Below, one piece after another: positions 24,068-33,909 of a DNA stretch of 56,476 bases; position 1 is the stretch's first letter; every line of letters starts with the position of its first letter. Where the stretch lies: positions 1 to 56,476 of the forward strand of contig JWZX01002988.1 of the NCBI GenBank assembly GCA_001275005.1, written 5' to 3'. A program made the translations under genes and the position numbers. A model generated the notes under the pieces. That model was not told the DNA's origin, ran no database searches, and saw only the letters and a list, made by a program, of their open reading frames with translations. This DNA comes from Chrysochromulina tobinii (taxonomy: Eukaryota).

Positions 24068-24356
24068 AAGAAGACGTCCCTCTTGATCCTTCGTTCGCGG
24101 GGGCGCGCGCGGGCCACACGAGGCACCGAAACGCGCACCGAATCCCTGCGCGTGCGTAGCGTCAGATCGCGCCGCGCGGACAAGTCAAGTCAAACATGTA
24201 TTTCGTCACTAGTATTTCGTCTCGCACTACCCGGCCAATGCACGTGCACTTGCGCAATGTCTTCGTAAGAAACGTCTCCACTCAGGGTTCGTTGGAGACC
24301 ACGAGTCGAGCGGGCGGCGCCTTTCCAGGAAATTGCCGTCGCCAGGATTCTCTTCG

Positions 24357-25253
24357 ATGAAGCGATTTTCGCAAGTCGTTCTCGCCGGCCTTCTGGCCAC
24401 GGCATCGGCCTTGCGCTTTTCCACCATCAAGATGCAGCTCACCATGCCCGGCGCGGACAAACGTAAATTGCTCGTCATCGGCGGCAATGGCTTCGTCGGT
24501 CGGCAGGTGTGCAAGTACGCAGTCCGTTCCGGTAAGTTTGCGGTGACGTCGCTCTCACGGCGCGGCGAATGCCCCAAGCCGAACGACCCCGAGCTCGCGT
24601 CGGTCACGTGGGTCGCTGGGAACGCACTCGACAAGCCCACAGTCGACAAGTACGTCGGGCAGTCCGACGCGGTCGTCCATGCCATTGGGCTGCTCTTCGA
24701 TGTCAACTCGGGTCTGACATTCCTGAACACGTTCACTTCGGCCTCCAAATCCAAGCCCGACGAGGGCGAGTCGACCTACGACAACATCACGCGCAAGACG
24801 GCACTCCTCGCCATCGCGGCGCTGAAGGCGAAGAATGCGCTCCCAGCCATGATGGGCAAGCGCGCGCCCTTCGGCTTTGTTTCGTGCGCCGAAAGCGGGT
24901 GGCCTGACGTGCAGTTTGGCGAGCAGGTGGAGGCCGCCGCGCCCGAGTGGCTCAAGCGCTACCTCGTCGCCAAACGCGCAGTCGAGGCCGAGCTCGCGTC
25001 CTCGACGGGCAGCTTGCGCCCAGTCATCGTGCGCCCGTCCCTTATTTGGGACTGGAAGAAGTTTGACGTGCTGCCGATCATCCCATTCTTCAACCTCGCC
25101 TCGGCCATCGGCGTGCCGTTTGTCGACAAGACGGTGCGCGTCGAGGACGTGGGCCGCTCCATCGTTGCCGGCTTGCTCGACGAGTCGGTGAGCGGCGTGC
25201 AGCGCTTTGAGGCGATGGAGCAGTTGTCCGAAGCACTGGAGGTGCCCAGGTGA
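24357..25253 (+). CDS. NAD(P)-binding Rossmann-fold atypical SDR (NDUFA9/Coq11-like), probably plastid-targeted
   Basis: LLVIGGNGFVGRQVC, DAVVHAIG, YLVAKRAVE, IVRPSLIW. The N-terminus MKRFSQVVLAGLLATASA-LRF looks like a signal peptide followed by a transit peptide. Confidence 0.85.
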   Translation: MKRFSQVVLAGLLATASALRFSTIKMQLTMPGADKRKLLVIGGNGFVGRQVCKYAVRSGKFAVTSLSRRGECPKPNDPELASVTWVAGNALDKPTVDKYVGQSDAVVHAIGLLFDVNSGLTFLNTFTSASKSKPDEGESTYDNITRKTALLAIAALKAKNALPAMMGKRAPFGFVSCAESGWPDVQFGEQVEAAAPEWLKRYLVAKRAVEAELASSTGSLRPVIVRPSLIWDWKKFDVLPIIPFFNLASAIGVPFVDKTVRVEDVGRSIVAGLLDESVSGVQRFEAMEQLSEALEVPR

Positions 25254-25452
25254 AGGGTGCATCGCGAAGGATGAGGATTTGAACCGTAGACGGAAAACTG
25301 GAACACACACTTCCACGCAGATTTCCGCGATGCAAACGAAATACGAAAACGGCCATCTTGTACGGTAGAGTTCGGGTGTGTGCTGTGCGCAGATCGCAAG
25401 CCCAACTGACAGAGATGAGGCACACACGCCAAGAGGGAGCCCACACAAAAAT

Positions 25453-28400
25453 CTAAACGTCCTCTTCTTCTAGCCGCAGCAAAAACTCTGTGTATGCATG
25501 GTTGTCGCTGCCAGTTGAGAGCACAAAGATGCTCGGCGTCTGCAACGAATCGACCATGCTCTCATAGAGCACTGCACCTCCGCCAGGCTTCTTGGCAGGC
25601 TGTCTCATGCCCTGCTTGCCAACGCACGACTGACCCACAAGGACACGCACGAGCAGTACCCATTGCGATCCTTCGTTGTCAGGCTTCGCGTACTCCTCAT
25701 TGAGAGAGTATTTCAGTTGATTTGAAAAGTAGGATCCAACGCCATACATTCCCCGCTCGTTCATGTTGCGATCGAAACCGTTAGCCATGATAGACTCCAG
25801 CGTGTCGCGCGAAGTGCCGTGCCAGAGCCAGGCCTCGTTGAGCTGCGCTCTCCCAATGCGTGAGATCAGCGCGTCGCGAGCTGCCTGGTATAGGTTGAAG
25901 CGAGCCTCGCTGCGAATGTGCGAGATTGTGAGCAGGCGCGAACGCAGCTGTGGAGGCATCATGCTCCGAACGAAGTCGCACAGCGCCACGTGCCGCTCGA
26001 TGGGCATTGGCTTGGGCGTGAACATCCCTCCCTTTGGCGTCGAGAGGATCTCACCCAGCACATATGGAGCGTGGCCTATACCCTGTGTGGAAGCTGACCC
26101 AGGAAGCTGGCTTGCGGGGAGAAGTGCTGCCCAGTACGGCGGTGCTTGCCCATAGCTGCCTGGAAAGTGACTCAGGCTCGGCAGGTCCTTGTCCACATCA
26201 GTCAGTGCATGCCTTTTGAGGTTGCGCAAGAAGCCTGTTCGCACATTCTTCTGCGTGCATAGCCTCAGGTCCACATCGTACGCCTGCCCACGGATTTCGA
26301 TTCGGAAGCGCAGGACACCCGACGCCTCTTGGTTTCGGAACGTCTCCTCCGAGGCGGTGTCGAAGAGCTGCCACGCCCCGCTACCAACAGCACCATCCTC
26401 CCACATCCACACGTGCGCTGGCCGAGTTTCAGCCTTGTTCGTATCGTCATCTGCCGCCAGAATCTGCAACGCGCTGGCGGCCTTCGCCTTGCCTAGAGCG
26501 TCGCCGTCACGCACGAGCGCCGCGAGCGGCACGAGGGCGCCCGCCGCTACGATGGCCGCCTTGTTGGCAGCGTCGCCGGCCGCCAGACTCCACAACGCGG
26601 TGGCGGCCTTCGCCTTGCCTTGAGCGTCGCCGTCGCGCACGAGCGCCGCGAGCGGCACGAGGGCGCCCGCCGCTACGATGGCCCCCTTGATGGCAGCGTT
26701 GCGCGCTAGCTTCCACAAGGCCTCTGCGGCTGCAGCCTGCTCCTCAGCGGTGCCATTTCTCAGCATCGCCACCAGCGGCGGGAGGGCGCCGGCCGCGGCG
26801 AGTGCCCCACGCATCGGATCCGTCGACTGATCTGGCGGTGCGTCGGCGAGGATGGCGATGCCACTCGCCACCGGCGTCCGCGCACCGATGGCACACGCTT
26901 GGAACAACGCCACAAGCGCGGCTGGATCCGCGTCGGCCACTGCGCGCTCCACCGCGGCGGCGCTCGGAGAAGGAGCTTTCAAATTGCTAGTTACTGTGGG
27001 CGATCTTGGGGAACCTGCAGCTACCGGCGTGTTGACCACCGCCAGCGTGCTTACCGCTGCCGGCGTGCTGTGTCGAGTGCGTAGCCCATCGGCCAGTGCG
27101 TAACCCATCGGCGGATCCACGGCCCAGCCCATCGGCGGTTGATCCAAGGGCCAACCCATCGGCGGCTGATCCACGGGCCAGGAGCCCATTGGTGGCTGAT
27201 CCACGGGCCAACCCATTGGCGGCTGATCCACGGGCCAGGAGCCCATTGGTGGCTGATCCACGGGCCAACCCATTGGGACCGGAGGAGGCGCCGAGGAGGT
27301 GGAGGTGCCATAACCTGCAGCTGCCAGCGTGTTGACCACTGCCAGCGTGCTTACCACATGTAGTGTCGAGTTGCTACCATAGACAGGGGATAGAGGGGCA
27401 GGCTGAGGTGGCATGGGCTTTGTAGCCGGCGGCGCGGCGGGCGGCTTGGGAGGCGCGGCGGGAAGCTTCTTGGGCGCACTGCCAAAGAGCCCACCGTCAT
27501 CGTCGTCGTCGTCGCCAAAGAGGCCGCCGCCGCCGCCCTTTTTGGCGGCAGGCTTGGGAAGAGGCGGCGTGGGAAGCTTCTTGGGCGCACTGCCAAAGAG
27601 CCCACCGTCATCGTCGTCGTCGTCGCCAAAGAGGCCGCCGCCGCCGCCCTTTTTGGCGGCAGGCTTGGGAAGAGGCGGCGTGGGAAGCTTCTTGGGCGCA
27701 CTGCCAAAGAGCCCACCGTCATCGACGTCGTCGTCGCCAAAGAGGCCGCCGCCGCCGCCCTTTTTGGCGGCAGGCTTGGGAAGAGGCGGCGCGGGCGGCG
27801 CCTTGGCGGCGGCCTTACCCGCCGAGGCGCCAAAAAAGCTGTCGTAGTCGACGACGTTGTCGTTGTCGTCCTCGTCGTTGACGAACACCAGGTTCTGCAA
27901 TGCTCCGGCTGCCTTCGCCTTGCCAGCAGCGTCGCCGTCGCGAGAGAGCGTATACAGCGCCTTGATGCCGCCCGAGGCCCGGATCGCGGCCTTGTTTGCA
28001 TCATCTCCTGCCGACAAACCCCACAACGCGCCGGCTGCACTCGCCTTGCCGTCAGCGTCACCTTCGCGCATGAGCGTCACAAGCGCCTCGATACCGCCCG
28101 CGGCCCGGATCGCGGCCTTGTTCGCATCGTCATCTGCCGCCAGATTCCACAACGCGCCGGCTGCGTTCGCCTTGCCTTCAGCGTCGCCGTCGCGCACGAG
28201 CGTCACGAGCGGCTCGATGCCGTCCGCGGCCCGAATCGCCGCCTTGTTCGCCTCGTCATCTGCCGCCAGATTCTGCAACGCGCCGGCTGCACTCGCCTTG
28301 CCGTCAGCGTCACCTTCGCGCACGAGCGTCACAAGCGCCTCGATCCCGCCCGCGGCCCGGATCGCGGCCTTGTTCGCATCGTCATCTGCCGCCAGATTCC

Positions 28401-31400
28401 CCAACGCGCCGGCTGCGTACGCCTTGCCTTCAGCGTCGCCGTCCCGCACGAGCGCCACGAGCGGTGCGATCCCGCCCGCGGCCCGGATCGCGGCCTTGTT
28501 CGCATCGTCATCTGCCGCCAGAATCTGCAACGCGCCGGCTGCGTTCGCCTTGCCTTCAGCGTCGCCGTCGCGCACGAGCGTCACGAGCGCAACGATACCG
28601 CCCGCGGCCCGGATCGCGGCCTTGTTCACATCGTCATCTGCCGCCAGACCCCACAACGCGCTGGCTGCGTACGCCTTTCCTTTAGCGTCGCCGTCGCGCA
28701 TGAGCGACACGAGCTCGACATGGATGCTGCATCGATGCTGCAACGCGGCGGCTGCCCTCAAGTACATTTGCACGGTGGCGCCGGCAGAAAGGCCGCATTC
28801 CATGAGAGTGAAGCCCTCGTTAAGTGGCTTGCCGGCAAAGGTCAGAAAGAATTTGTCGCATGGAACGCCCGCCTTGCTTGCTGCTGCCGCTCGCAGGGCG
28901 CTGACGTTGTCAGTCGAGCGCATCGCATCCACGGTGAGAGTGCAGCGGTGTCGCACAAAGAGTTGGAAGGGCTGGCTTGAAGGGGCAGGTTGAGTAGGCG
29001 TCGGCATCACGTTGCCGAGGAGCCGGGCATGTGATGGTAAATCATCACCAAAGAGCGACCCCACCTTTGCAGGCTTGCTTGGTGTGATTGCATGCGGCAG
29101 CGTGGCGTCCTCCGCGGGCTCATTGTCGTCGACGGCGGCGGCAGCTGCGGACTTCTTCGAGGGGGGGCGGCGCGCCCGCCAGCCAGCGCCCTTCGCTCGA
29201 GAGAGCTGGGCGGCGAGCAGCGTGTCATCGGCAGTGGGATCGGCTTTGCTGGTCGGCACGGCTGCTGCGCCGCCAGCGGTCATCGAGGCGGCCGTGCCAT
29301 CACCGCTGCTTGACGGCTCATCCTCGGCGGCAGCGGCCTTTGGCCTCCGGGAGGGCGGCGCAGCACTGGGCATCATGAAGTTGAGATTGCCCAGCTTCCC
29401 TTTTAAGGCGGTGACTCTCTTTTTGGGCGCGTCTTCCTCGTCCTCGTTTGCGTCGTTAGCGTCGAGCGCGGGCGCGGGCTTCGGGAGCACGGGCGGCGGC
29501 ACGGGCGGTGGTGCGGACTGTGGCGCGGGCTTAGGGGGCGCGGGCGCGGCCACCGGCTTATCCTCAAACTCGCCGTCATCCTCGTCAACGCTCGGTGGCC
29601 GCGCCCGTCGGTCCTTCATCAAGCCCGCCATCGCCGCCAACGGCCCACCGGCCGCAGCGCCCACAGGCAGCTTTGGCTTTGGCGTTGGCGCCGGCGCCTC
29701 GTCCTCGTCGTCGCCGCCGGACAAGGCGCCCTTGGCTGCGGCTTGTGGCGCGGGCAGCGGTGCGGGCGGTGGCGCAGGCGCGGCGGCCTGCTTGAGTGCC
29801 GCCGCTGGCTTCGCAGGGCCGAACAGTCCGCCATCGCCGCCGTCTTCATCGTCGTCGCCGAACAGGCCGCCGCCGTCGGACATGGGCTTTGTAGCCGACG
29901 GCGTGGCGGGCAGCTTGGGAGGCGCGGCGGGAAGCTTCTTGGGCGCACCGCCAAAGAGCCCACCGTCATCGTCGTCGTCGTCGCCAAAGAGGCCGCCGCC
30001 GCCGCCCTTTTTGGCGGCAGGCTTGGGAAGAGGCGGCGCGGGCGGCGCCTTGGCCGCCGCTTTGGCCGCCGCTTTGGCGGCGGCCTTACCCGCCGAGGCG
30101 CCCAAAATGCCGCCATCATCGGCCACCGGCGTCTCCTCTTCCTCGTCCCAAACTCCAAAGAGAGAGGCATAGTCCACCTTCGTAGGCGGCCCCGAGGGCG
30201 CGGCGGCCGCGGCGGCAGTGGGCCCGGAGCCTGATTTGGAGCCAGGGGAGGCGGCGGCGGCGCCATACTCGCCAAAGAGCCCCCCTGCAAAGAGTGAGTC
30301 CCGCTTGCTACTCGCTCTTTGCAGGGGGTGAGTCAAGTGCGCCGGCAGGAGGTGGAGGCCACCCGCGCCGCGGCCGCCAGAGAAGCCGAAGGGGTCATCA
30401 TCCTCGTCCTCATCCTCGTCGTCGTCCTTGCATTGAGTGTCGGCCGACAGTTTCTCCAACAGGGCGACTGCGTGCGCCTTGGCATCAGCGTCAGAGCTCC
30501 CGTCGCGCACAAGCGCCACAAGCGGCTCGATGCCACGCGCCGCCCGGATCGCCGCCAGGTTGGCAGCACCGCCGTGCGCCAGATTCCACAACGCGGCGGT
30601 TGCGTTCACCTTGCCTTCAGCGTCGCCGTTGCGCACGAGCGCCACTAGCGGTTCGATGCCGCCCGTCGTCGCGATCGTCGCCACGTTGGCAGAGTGGGCG
30701 GCTGCCAGCCTCCACAACGCGCCGGCTGCCTTTGCCTTGCATTCAGTGTCGCCGTCACGGGCAAGCACCACGAGCGCTCCAATTACCACCTCCTGGTTGG
30801 CAGCGTTCCCATCCGCTAGACTCACCAACGCGCCGGCTGCACTCGACTTGCCTTGAGCGTCGCCGTCGCGCACGAGCGCCGCGAGCACTTCGATGCCGCC
30901 CGCTGCTGTGATCCCCGCTTTGTTGGCAGCGTCGAAGGCCGCCAGACTCCACAACGCTGTGGCTGCCTTCGCCTTGCCTTCAGCGTCGCCGCCGCGAGTG
31001 AGCGCTACGAGCGCCTCGACGCCGCCCGCCGCCGCAATCGCCTTCTTGTTGGCAGTGTTGCGCGCTAACTTCCACAACGCCTCTGCGGCTGCAGCCTGCT
31101 CCTCAGCGGTGCCATTTCCCAGCATCGCCACCAGCGGCGGGACGGCTCCGGCCGCGGCGAGTGCCTCACGCATGGGGTCTGCCACTTCCCCTGGCGGTGC
31201 GTTGGCGAGAGTGGCGATGCCACTCGCTGCGCGCGTCCGCACACCGATGGCGCGGGCTTGGAGCAACGCCACCAGCGCCACCGTGTCCGCGTCGGCCACT
31301 GCGCCCACCGCCGCGGCGGCGCTCAGAGGAAGAGCAACGGGCGGCGGTGGCTCGGCTGTCGGTATGATCGGCCACCAGCTCCGCCGGGCGGCGGGGGCGG

Positions 31401-31422
31401 AGTTCCGGGATGAACTCGTCAT
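25453..31422 (-). CDS. Mosaic ARM-repeat / FAM21-like / ubiquitin-like / WWE / PARP-catalytic protein (1989 aa)
   Basis: Three ARM blocks (AAGALWNLA..NKAAIRAAGGIEPLV); GGLFGDDDDDDGGLFG repeats; UBL (FLTFAGKPLNEGFTLMECGLSAGATVQM); WWE (WMWE..WQLFD..YDVDL..QKNVRTGFLR); PARP (LWHGT..NGFDR..YGVGSYFS..YS..RVLVG..SIFVL..AYTEFLL). Confidence 0.85.
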   Translation of the reverse strand: MTSSSRNSAPAARRSWWPIIPTAEPPPPVALPLSAAAAVGAVADADTVALVALLQARAIGVRTRAASGIATLANAPPGEVADPMREALAAAGAVPPLVAMLGNGTAEEQAAAAEALWKLARNTANKKAIAAAGGVEALVALTRGGDAEGKAKAATALWSLAAFDAANKAGITAAGGIEVLAALVRDGDAQGKSSAAGALVSLADGNAANQEVVIGALVVLARDGDTECKAKAAGALWRLAAAHSANVATIATTGGIEPLVALVRNGDAEGKVNATAALWNLAHGGAANLAAIRAARGIEPLVALVRDGSSDADAKAHAVALLEKLSADTQCKDDDEDEDEDDDPFGFSGGRGAGGLHLLPAHLTHPLQRASSKRDSLFAGGLFGEYGAAAASPGSKSGSGPTAAAAAAPSGPPTKVDYASLFGVWDEEEETPVADDGGILGASAGKAAAKAAAKAAAKAPPAPPLPKPAAKKGGGGGLFGDDDDDDGGLFGGAPKKLPAAPPKLPATPSATKPMSDGGGLFGDDDEDGGDGGLFGPAKPAAALKQAAAPAPPPAPLPAPQAAAKGALSGGDDEDEAPAPTPKPKLPVGAAAGGPLAAMAGLMKDRRARPPSVDEDDGEFEDKPVAAPAPPKPAPQSAPPPVPPPVLPKPAPALDANDANEDEEDAPKKRVTALKGKLGNLNFMMPSAAPPSRRPKAAAAEDEPSSSGDGTAASMTAGGAAAVPTSKADPTADDTLLAAQLSRAKGAGWRARRPPSKKSAAAAAVDDNEPAEDATLPHAITPSKPAKVGSLFGDDLPSHARLLGNVMPTPTQPAPSSQPFQLFVRHRCTLTVDAMRSTDNVSALRAAAASKAGVPCDKFFLTFAGKPLNEGFTLMECGLSAGATVQMYLRAAAALQHRCSIHVELVSLMRDGDAKGKAYAASALWGLAADDDVNKAAIRAAGGIVALVTLVRDGDAEGKANAAGALQILAADDDANKAAIRAAGGIAPLVALVRDGDAEGKAYAAGALGNLAADDDANKAAIRAAGGIEALVTLVREGDADGKASAAGALQNLAADDEANKAAIRAADGIEPLVTLVRDGDAEGKANAAGALWNLAADDDANKAAIRAAGGIEALVTLMREGDADGKASAAGALWGLSAGDDANKAAIRASGGIKALYTLSRDGDAAGKAKAAGALQNLVFVNDEDDNDNVVDYDSFFGASAGKAAAKAPPAPPLPKPAAKKGGGGGLFGDDDVDDGGLFGSAPKKLPTPPLPKPAAKKGGGGGLFGDDDDDDGGLFGSAPKKLPTPPLPKPAAKKGGGGGLFGDDDDDDGGLFGSAPKKLPAAPPKPPAAPPATKPMPPQPAPLSPVYGSNSTLHVVSTLAVVNTLAAAGYGTSTSSAPPPVPMGWPVDQPPMGSWPVDQPPMGWPVDQPPMGSWPVDQPPMGWPLDQPPMGWAVDPPMGYALADGLRTRHSTPAAVSTLAVVNTPVAAGSPRSPTVTSNLKAPSPSAAAVERAVADADPAALVALFQACAIGARTPVASGIAILADAPPDQSTDPMRGALAAAGALPPLVAMLRNGTAEEQAAAAEALWKLARNAAIKGAIVAAGALVPLAALVRDGDAQGKAKAATALWSLAAGDAANKAAIVAAGALVPLAALVRDGDALGKAKAASALQILAADDDTNKAETRPAHVWMWEDGAVGSGAWQLFDTASEETFRNQEASGVLRFRIEIRGQAYDVDLRLCTQKNVRTGFLRNLKRHALTDVDKDLPSLSHFPGSYGQAPPYWAALLPASQLPGSASTQGIGHAPYVLGEILSTPKGGMFTPKPMPIERHVALCDFVRSMMPPQLRSRLLTISHIRSEARFNLYQAARDALISRIGRAQLNEAWLWHGTSRDTLESIMANGFDRNMNERGMYGVGSYFSNQLKYSLNEEYAKPDNEGSQWVLLVRVLVGQSCVGKQGMRQPAKKPGGGAVLYESMVDSLQTPSIFVLSTGSDNHAYTEFLLRLEEEDV
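27102..27275 (-). repeat. 27/30-nt coding minisatellite (MG[S]WPVDQPP) x6-7
   Basis: Tandem ggctgatccacgggcca units within the PARP ORF. Confidence 0.9.
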
Positions 31423-31650
31423 AAACGAGGTTCTCCGCTTCGGAGCTAATAAACTGGCTATTCTAGTCGTGCTAGGAACTTTTGAAATGAATTTCCCATG
31501 GTGACCATTGCGTCGCCATTTTAAATTGAATTCACGTCGCTTTCTTCATACACTCTTCATACCGCGGGTAGCGAGTGCAGCGAACCACGACCCGTCCAGC
31601 CGTCCCTGCTGGCGCCTGGCGCCCACGACCCGACCCGACACTGGCATCCT

Positions 31651-33139
31651 ATGTCCGAGACTTCTCGCGTCGTCTGTGTCGGTGAACTTGCACGATCCGA
31701 GTTGGACGGCAAAGATCACCCGGACGACGAGCATGACTCACCTGCAGGCTCTGCACATGGCGCATGGCTGCGGAGTGCCGACCGTCACTTTCCTTCTGCT
31801 CGAGCATGGGACAATGCCTTGAGTGCGTCACTTTGCACGGCACTGGAGTCAGATGCTCGAATGATCAACGCCTCTCCCCAGTTGCCATCGACATTCTGGG
31901 TCGACGCAGCCAACATGGCGACACCTAGTTGTTCGCTCGAGCGCTTCGCATGCAACGTCCTCCAATTCCACACAACAGGCGGTGGCGTGCATGAATCAAC
32001 CGGCACGGTTACACCCGAAGATGGGTCCGCGATTCGCGGGGTGGAGTGGTGGGTCCAAGTACGCAGCAGCGAATCACCCAAGCCGTCCATCAACCTTCAT
32101 TTTGATGCCGATGAGGCCACGAAGAGACAGACTTGCGAGCATCTGCCGCCCTTTTTGTCGACGGTCACGTACCTAGGCTCGCACGGAGGGCCGACGGTCT
32201 TGCTTCCTGCCGTTGGTGATGCCCACGGGCGCGCCCTGCCCCCGATAAGCGACCATGGCGCGTTTATCAGCCACCCGGTGAGGCTGCAGCAGACTCAATC
32301 TCGGGCTCAATCTCGGGCCGCCAGGGCCTTCCAAATTCGGTCCCGAGCTCTCGCATGCACTCTCGCTGACGCTAGTGTGTTGCCGTGCGACGCGACGCGC
32401 GCGCGCGCGTTCGCAGATCGCCGGAAGGCACCTTGCCTTCGACGGCCGCCTCCTCCATGGCGCTCTGCACGACCTCGCCCTCCCCTCTCCCTTGCCGTAC
32501 ATTCGAGTGTCGGTACTGGTCAACATTTGGCATCGCCATCGCCCACTCGGTGTGTTTCGTCTACCAGCAGGCTTTGCCGCAGGGCTGTCCAATTCGCCTG
32601 ATGGGCTGTCCAATTCGCCTGATGGGCTGTCCAATTCGCCTGATGGGCTGTCCAATTCGCCTGATGGGCTGTCCAATTCGCCTGATGGGCTGTCCAATTC
32701 GCCTGATGGGCTGTCCAATTCGCCTGATGCGCTCGCCCCCCTCATCGGAGCGTCCCACGACGAGACGATCGTCACATGGGCACCCGTCCTTGCGGTCAGT
32801 GCCGGGCGCACCGAAGGCGATGGACATGGCGATGGAGCTTCCGAGGCTGACTGGATGTCGTGCCGTGTCGGCTATCTGCCTCTGACCCCAGCCATCGGGG
32901 CGGTGCCGGGCTGGCGGGAGCTCGCGACGAAACACGGGCTCGACATCGGCTTTCCTTTCCGCCACTTGCCAGTCCGCGTGCGCCATCTGCAGCACTCTAC
33001 AGGTATCCAGCGAAGCAGCCATATTCCGTTCCGGTACATGCGGGAGGTAGAGCTGGAGTGCGATCTGTGGTCGGACGGAGAGAGCAGCCAGCGCAAGGAC
33101 TGGTGGGCCATCGCCGTCTTTTTGGCGGAGCTCGGGTAA
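31651..33139 (+). CDS. Putative 2OG-Fe(II) oxygenase (exons 31651-32277, 32417-33139; ~449 aa)
   Basis: EWWVQVR..NLHFDADE..LSTVTYL..GGPT..GRHLAFDGRLLHG..RVSVLVNIW, giving the HxD...H...R pattern. The intron restores the frame. Confidence 0.7.
32278..32416 (+). other. Spliceosomal intron, 139 nt, phase 0, no flanking repeat
   Basis: GTGAGG...GCTGAC (branch-like)...TTCGCAG; joins HP|IAGRHLAFDG in frame. Confidence 0.8.
32582..32728 (+). repeat. Perfect 21-nt coding minisatellite x7 (GLSNSPD)
   Basis: gggctgtccaattcgcctgat repeated 7 times without mismatch. Confidence 0.97.
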
Positions 33140-33196
33140 GACGACGGACGACGCAGGGTATGAATATTGTTGGATTTATGTTCGCGAACCGACTGA

Positions 33197-33432
33197 TTGA
33201 CCCAAAGGGGTAGGGGGAGATTATTCCTTCTGGATTCACACACTCTACCTCCCCATCACCTGCTGATTTTGAACACTCAGTGACGTGATTCTTTGACCCA
33301 AAGGCATGCCCAAAGCCCGGGGGCAAAGGGGCGGAGGGGGCCGGGAGGCGTATTCCTTCTGGATTCACACACTCGATCCCCACATGGATCCCCACCACCT
33401 GATATTTTGAACTCAGTGCATGACTCAGTGAC
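33197..33432. repeat. Intergenic two-copy structured duplication
   Basis: ttgacccaaagg ... tattccttctggattcacacactc (33222-33245 = 33351-33374) ... cacctg..attttgaa..ctcagtg appears twice in the same order. Confidence 0.85.
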
Positions 33433-33909
33433 CCCCGCCCCCGCGTACGAAAGGGCTAACCGCCTTACCGGGTACCGTACGCCTACCATGACGCCTACGC
33501 CTCAATGCTACGCCTCACTACGCGCCGGGTACGCTCCCAGTCACGGCGGAGCGGCATGCGGAGCGGGCGCGGGGGCGGGGCATGGCGCCTTGGCGGGGGC
33601 GGGGCCGGGGGCGACGGACGACGAGCGCGCGCGCCCCACGTCTAGCAGTCGTAGTCTAGTCGAGTCTCTAGAATATTTTCGCATTTCGGCTGATTACATG
33701 TTTTTAACACTGCCCATCCACATATTACACGTTACACCTGTTTGGGAATTGAAGGTACTACCAAAGCCGTATAAACGGCGCCCCCCGGACCTCTTCGCGA
33801 CGGCCGCCCACGTCGCACCGTTCCCAAACGAAACGGCTGCGAGACTCGCCGGCCGAGACGCGAGAGACCACCGACCGATTTCGAACGCGTGAAACATCAT
33901 GCGCCCTCT

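Noticed and set aside
32582..33432. CRISPR-like appearance of the 21-nt array and the two 24-nt repeats
   Set aside because: No unique spacers in the first, only two copies in the second, no cas genes, and the context is eukaryotic.
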